From: Bugula neritina | Taxonomy: Eukaryota > Animalia > Bryozoa | NCBI GenBank assembly: GCA_964035545.1 | Contig: OZ037766.1 | Coordinates: forward strand, 23,238,767-23,302,766 | Direction of reading: 5' to 3' | Length of the DNA: 64,000 nt | Shown here: piece by piece, positions 57,828-64,000 of the stretch | Layout: each line of letters opens with the position of its first letter | How positions within the stretch are numbered: position 1 is the stretch's first letter | The notes under the pieces: generated by a model | What the model was told of the DNA's origin: nothing | The model's input: only the letters and a program-made list of their open reading frames with translations | The model's database searches: none | Program-made: the position numbers and the translations under genes

Positions 57828-58889
57828 ATCTAACTGTTGCTCACATTTGTGTCAACTAAAATATACACATGAATAGTTTTAGAGCAATATTTAATATAAA
57901 CTACATACCTGAATTTACAGTCTGGTTACAACTGCATGTAAATGTGTTACAAAAATTATTCAATGATTAAACTGAAAATTAGCTACAACAAATAAAATAT
58001 AAAACAAATTAAAATAATAGCACAATTTTTAATCTTGATATTTGATTTCCAAATAAATCTCTTTCTGATAAAACTGCAAAGTTTCAAAATATAAAACAAA
58101 CATTAAGTTTTCATTTTATTTTCTTACAACTTTTACTCATAATAATAATAATTTTGTAGAAGTCAGCTTGGGCATGTATGACCAGCAGTTAGTTTAATTA
58201 TTTACAAGTACTGTCATTAATGCTACTTATGCTGCAACACAATTTACATGTTTATGCTGTTACATAATGTATGCTAATACAAATAGTGAGTGTATTATAA
58301 CATAAAACAGCTTCTCTATAACTATAACTATAAGTATAAGTGCTAGCACTTATGCATACTTTTGTCATATGTTTGTAGGTTTTTTTAATAATATGCTTCC
58401 CCAAACCAACTGACTGAGGAGAAAACAGTGCTTGAAAAGAAAGCTTGCAAACAGAATATTGATAATTGATGATCAAATAACATTATTTAGTTTTACTGTA
58501 TTACTCATTTACTGTTTACAGAGTGAAAGTATAAGTGAATTTGATTAAAAGAAAACACCTCAACAGTATGAGTAACCCTAAGCCTAACTTTATCTTGAGT
58601 GTACAACTAAATGACAAAATTTAAAGTAAAAGTAAATACAAATCAAAATGAAAATCATGAATATCTTACTCTTAGAGTTAAAGTTAAACTTGAAATGAAT
58701 TTGAATTTCACATTGACAATAATTTGTTTTTTATCAATGGATAGGCAGTCATCGCTTTCAACCACAGTAATATAACAATTATTGAACCTAATCTGTGATT
58801 TAATTTTAAACTTTCAAAGACAAAGTTGAGAGGAGAGAGAGAATTGAAATTGAATGATGATGGAAAAGATCTAAATGGAATCAGTTAAT

Positions 58890-59150
58890 AAACTCACGTT
58901 AACATGAAGTTATTCAGAGGTGAGAAGAGCACAAAAAAGAGAGCTCATTGCACTAGTCTTAATTCTTAAAAACTACTTCATTTTCCGGCTGTAATCACAC
59001 CACCGCCAACGGAGAATCAACATTATTTAGAAAACCAATTCGAGAACACTTGAGAGTTTTATTATTTTCTCTTTGATTCTCATTCTCTAACTCACAATTT
59101 TCTTCCAAAGTAATATTTTTTCAGTCACAATCTCTTCGGTTTGAAAGTGC
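58890..59150. promoter_or_regulatory. Bidirectional promoter PANK / EMC8-9
   Basis: CpG-containing core (ETS-like TTCCGG ~58983, CCACCGCCAACGG); minus donor AC|GTGAGT ~58897. Confidence 0.55.
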
Positions 59151-59772
59151 ATAAAATATAAATTGAATGCACTATACTCATAGAAAAATTAATATATATA
59201 TATTAGTATCAGTTTCATTAATATAAATATATACTAATATAGTCCTACGGCTACTAACAGTAAGTGTAACTCTAAGACTAAGAGTAAGAGTAAGACTAAG
59301 AGTAAGAGTTTAGAGTAAGACTAAGACTAAGAGGTAGTAAGACTAAATGTAACTGTTACTGTTAGTGTTACTGTAAGTGTAAGCCGTAAGGTAAAGGTAA
59401 GGAACTTGTAAAAATTTAAATTGAGAAGTCTGTTACCGTAAGTGTGTAACACCAACACTAACAGTGTAAGTGAGTAACTATGCGAGCGTTAGTGTTACAG
59501 TTTGAGTTAGTGTTACACCTACTCTTAGTCTTACACAGTTAAATTTTCTTGATTATTTTTCAAGTTCAGCTTCAACTTCAAGCATCTAAAAGTAAACATT
59601 TATACCTACTGACTTAGTCTTACAGACACTGAGAGTCACACTAATTCTGAATTCAAGTTTTAATTCAATAATAATAAATTTAATTTATTCTATTAAATAG
59701 AATTTTAATGATGGTCATTATATTTATTTTAATTTTCACAGGTACAGATTGAGACTCAAAGATCATTTCAAA

Positions 59773-62405
59773 ATGAATACAGAATCTTTTGTAAAAATGT
59801 TGCTTCATGGTGCTAAATATCCCCACTGTGCAGTTAATGGCCTATTTGTACAGAAGAAGTCGAAATCTAAAAACAATCAAAATGAGAATGGAGGTTCTCA
59901 AGCAATACAGATAGTCGATTGCATACCTTTATTTCATATTAATATGACTCTTTTACCAATGCTTGAGCTGGCCCTACATCAGGTATATTCAGTTTTATGA
60001 TCGTATCTGCTTTTTATAACGTAGTATCATCGAGTTTGACCATCATACTGGTGATCATATGTCATATAGTAGGTCCTTAGCCTTGTTGCTTCTTACTCTC
60101 TCACTTGTAATGAGCTGTGGTTGTGATTATTACCATAATTATGATAATGGTTGAGCTTTAAGTCACACACAATAACTACGATGAAGATCACATCCTACTA
60201 TTATTTCAATTAATATCAGTAAACCTGGTAGTTTCAAGCTTATCTTTGTTAGCATTGAATTACTAATGTTAAAAGTGTATCTTTAGAAGTGAACTTACAT
60301 ATTTAACTTATGCTGAATTTGATTTGAGTTTTTGACATTTTTAAGAATTATTATGTTAATGGATATCTGTTGGACCATCAGTGATAAGTAGTGATGATGT
60401 AGTAGTTACATGCCAATGGTTTCATGCCTATTTACACTTAATATTTGCCCAGAAAGCAAGTCATAATTTTGTCATGATAAAGAATGTTTGGTATTATGGC
60501 AATGTTTAAAAAATAAATTCTGATAGGTCAGTGTAGAAAATATATTATATTCAATGTATTTTTTATTATGAATTTAGATTGAGGCCTATTGTAAAGAAGA
60601 AAACCTTGCAATCTGTGGTTATTATCACATGCACAGTAATATTCGGGATGAAAAGTAAGTATTTAATATGTAAAGAGCTTTGTGTAGATTGCGCAAGTTT
60701 TTAAATCATTGATCTAACATTCCTGACTTAATTTCTTAGGCCAGACGTTTTTATATCTAAGTTGATGGAAAGGCTAGAGGAGAACAGTGATGGGAAAACT
60801 TTGCTCTTTATGGTTAATAATAACAAACTAGGCTTTGAAGAAGAAGGTCCTCCCCCTTTTACTGTCTATGAGTTCAGAGATGGGAAACTAGTCATTTGCA
60901 ACAGGTATATAAAAGTAAAGGCATGTCATAAAGTTCAGGTTATCAGTAGGAATAGCACTACTAGTAATGTTAGCTCTATTGCTATGTAGTGGTGGACGTT
61001 GCAAGGTCAAGAAAATCATTGATAATAGTGAAAGTTCTAGAGCTTATAATGTTTCGGTTCAACTAGTGACGAGTGCACTATTGCTAAAACCCAATGCTGC
61101 TATGCCCATTGCGAATCAGGCTACTGCTGACTCATTGTTGTAGAAGATTTGCTGTCGGTTTCGATGTTAGTTCACAGGCTAGGCAAATAATTGTTACTAG
61201 TGGTAACAATTGGGCTCCATGAAGGAAGAAAAATTAGAATAGTGTAACTGTTGGCTTTTAGCTATTCCATTAATTAGCCCAACTTTGGTATCGGTTCTAA
61301 TCACTGCTACGGAAGTAGCTAGTGGTTTATTTTTGTGATGAAATAAAAAGTAGAAAATTGAGTATATAGAATGACACTCTTTGCTATGACTCTTGCTTTA
61401 GAGTGACACTCTAGCTTATACAGCCTGACTAGGAATAGGGAGGGTTTTAGACGTGATCAGAGTTTATTTGAGTCACCAAATACTGACCAAATGCTGACCA
61501 AACACTGACCGTAAAAACTAAAATAATAATGATACAACATAAGGCATAAGGCAAACAAAATGTACGTAATATAATAAGTATGTATGTAAAAGCACTAGCA
61601 ATGTATATCATAAATTGTAGATAGCAGCATGAAATAATGATTCAACATAGCATGCAACTACAGCCCATATTATTAAAAACTTTATAACATAAAAATGTAA
61701 TAACGATATATAATTGTAAATAGATGCTCATTACCTCTTTTCTCTCTCTCCTAGTCTACTGTTATGTTGATGCTGTGGCTTTGCACAGTCTTTCAAATAA
61801 TGCTACTCTTTGGTAGTCTTACATAAATTTAATGCTGTCCAAACTGACAGCATGACTCTAACAATATTCCAACTACTAAAAATGGTTTTGTCTTATATAC
61901 TAATCCATTTGATAAACATTATTGTGTTGTAAGAGGTATGATTTTACAATTTACTATTTTGGGGTAGGATCTTACTGTTTCAAGAAGTGGGCTGAAGTAA
62001 ACAAGCATGTGTGACATCACAGCTGATGCAAGCATAACTGCTGACTATGAATCATTCTACATGCGTAGCTACTGTTTTGGGGTAGTAATTAAAGAAGCAT
62101 TAGGTTGACTACTGGCAGCTAGTGGTTATAGGCTAATTTGAGGTTGATGACATTGTGATTGTGTGTGATTGTACTACAAGTTATAATATCTGTAAACATC
62201 CTATTTCGTAACATTACAGAGTAATACAAAAATATGTATTGTTGATATTAGCACTGTCTCCCTTTTTAGCTCTGTGAAAGTGGAAGAGAGTGCTGTTGAG
62301 ACAGCTATTACAGCCATTGAAGACAAGAAACATTACCAGTTGGTAGATTTTGATAATCATCTAGATAATATAAGTTTGGATTGGCGAAACTTGAGTATAT
62401 TATGA
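59773..62405 (+). CDS. EMC8: ER membrane protein complex subunit 8/9; exons 59773-59982, 60578-60654, 60740-60904, 62270-62405
   Basis: KMLLHGAKYPHCAVNG, IVDCIPLFH, LLPMLELALHQ|IEAYC, ICGYYH, LVDFDNHLDNISLDWRN. Confidence 0.94.
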
Positions 62406-63067
62406 ACTAATGAAGAAATACAGTGAAAACATTTGCCTGTACCTTATAAATCACCATTTTACAGTAATTTTTTAAGTTTTATTTTGGTGGTAGTGAAATG
62501 CATTCTTGAAGTTATCTTATCCTTTGCTTTTGAAATAGAATGATTCTAGAAGTTAAATGATAGATGTATAAAAGTATTATTTCAAATTTATTACATCAAA
62601 TAAATTATAACTCCATGGCTTATAATAAAATAAATTTGTAGTTTTATACATGTACAGCCAATGAAGAAAAAAAAACTGCGAGACAATTGAGATACAAAAA
62701 TAATTACTAATTATGTGAAACAAACAATTGTAGCACTTTTTGACACCATGCTGTAGTAATTTCATTAGTATTACACAAATCATCATTTATGAAGTACACT
62801 CTAAACTAGACAAACACGCATTGGAGTATATGCTAGTTACCAAAAGTTCTCAATTTCCACTAATAACTGCTAAGAATTTTAAAAATAAATGCCATAAAGC
62901 ATTCATGCAATGCATGCAAAAATAACAAATAATACTAAAGGACATATTTTAGTATTGATAACTGGTAAGAACAATGACCAGTTTTACTCACCTAGATTCT
63001 AATGTAACTAGAGTATTCAACTTCTCTGTAGTATAAGCACATAATTTATTTGTTCAGACAACTAAGA

Positions 63068-64000
63068 TCACAAAGACATACTAGATGGATTTTCTAAAAG
63101 TTCTTTCAAAGTTGACATAAATTTAAAAGCAGTAACTTCATCAATGATGCGCCCATCACATGCTAGTGAGATGTTTATAGTGTTTGTTGGTTTGCCTCCC
63201 TCATTCAGAGATAACTGTGAGGCACCAACAGCTAAAATGCAAGACTGCGGAGGATTTATCACAGCTTTGAACTCTCTTACTCCAAACATTCCCAAGTTAG
63301 ACACTCTGAAACAATAAATAAGATCAATTTAGGATGGCGCATTTCTTATTTGTTGTTATGGCTGGCCTGAACGACAACAATGATAAAGTTTTAACATTTG
63401 TCATGTTTTCACCAGAAAAATTGAAATGTGAACTACCAAATCACCTCATGTAATTGAATTTAATTCCCATGTTCATAAATTATTAGGCAATAGAGTGAAA
63501 CCGACATGTGTAAAAAGTATACATATAATAGATAAATTAGAGAGTGGGACTAAGCTAGAAAATAAATAGCATATACGATAAAGTCAAGGACAGACAAGTG
63601 AGTTTAGAACAAAACAGATACACAGGGGTTGCTAAAAGTGCAGATAATACATATATGACTCACGTGAGGGATCCACCTTGAAACTCCTGAGGCTGGAGTT
63701 TGCCTTCTTTGCCTCTTGCTGCCAACTCCTGTAACATGGAAATATTAACATCAGTGAATAAGTGGAGTAGCTAAAATCATCATCAAGAGTGTATGTAGAC
63801 TGGTCTTCATACATTATCACAAAACTATGGTCTTTAAACACACCCGTATCATTGATGATATATCACACACGGACATCTCATTGGCACTTGGCACTATGGG
63901 AGTTATGAGGCCAGTGTCTGTCGCTACGGCTACAGCAATATCTATGGTGGGCAGCATCTCAACCTCATTGTTGACGCCCAGCCTACAGTTGACTGCAGGT
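63068..64000 (-). CDS. PDHX: Pyruvate dehydrogenase protein X (E3-binding protein), 3' exons only
   Basis: DIAVAVATDTGLITPIV, KLQPQEFQGGSLT|VSNLGMFGV, AVINPPQSCILAVG; DGR replaces the catalytic DHR of DLAT, as expected for E3BP. Confidence 0.85.

Noticed and set aside
63068-63304. DLAT (E2) assignment or pseudogenised acyltransferase
   Set aside because: Loss of the catalytic His (DGR) is the normal PDHX/E3BP signature.
52842-64000. PANK-PDHX proximity as a CoA-metabolism cluster
   Set aside because: Only two genes, separated by EMC8, with no shared promoter; chance adjacency is sufficient.

Overview
AT-rich (roughly one-third GC), intron-rich invertebrate animal genomic DNA, probably lophotrochozoan; the compact genes with minisatellite-filled introns suggest a bryozoan, which is inference only. 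Ten protein-coding genes were assembled by hand from splice sites and motifs: DYRK1/minibrain (+), ZCCHC9 (-), POP5 (+), APP-like (+), GTDC1/QTMAN (-), a GH31 alpha-glucosidase (+), an unrecognised 205-aa gene (-), PANK (-), EMC8/9 (+) and the 3' end of PDHX (-). Most are arranged as divergent pairs. The most notable non-coding signals are: (1) degenerate 6-bp-periodic tracts (A-N-T-N-W-T words) at the start of the first intron behind nearly every inferred promoter, sharing exact 20-28-mers across loci; (2) a Penelope-type inverted-repeat insertion with a perfect 15-bp TSD and a minimal hammerhead-ribozyme core on both arms, lying between two convergent 3' ends; (3) tandem repeats built from splice sites in two consecutive PANK introns (two donors, one acceptor); (4) two GC-AG introns, a solo LTR and several hairpins. 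Protein oddities include a GH31 enzyme with no signal peptide or trefoil domain but an MGxxxS N-terminus, and an APP lacking the copper-binding histidines and part of E2. All exon coordinates are manual and may be off by a few bases.
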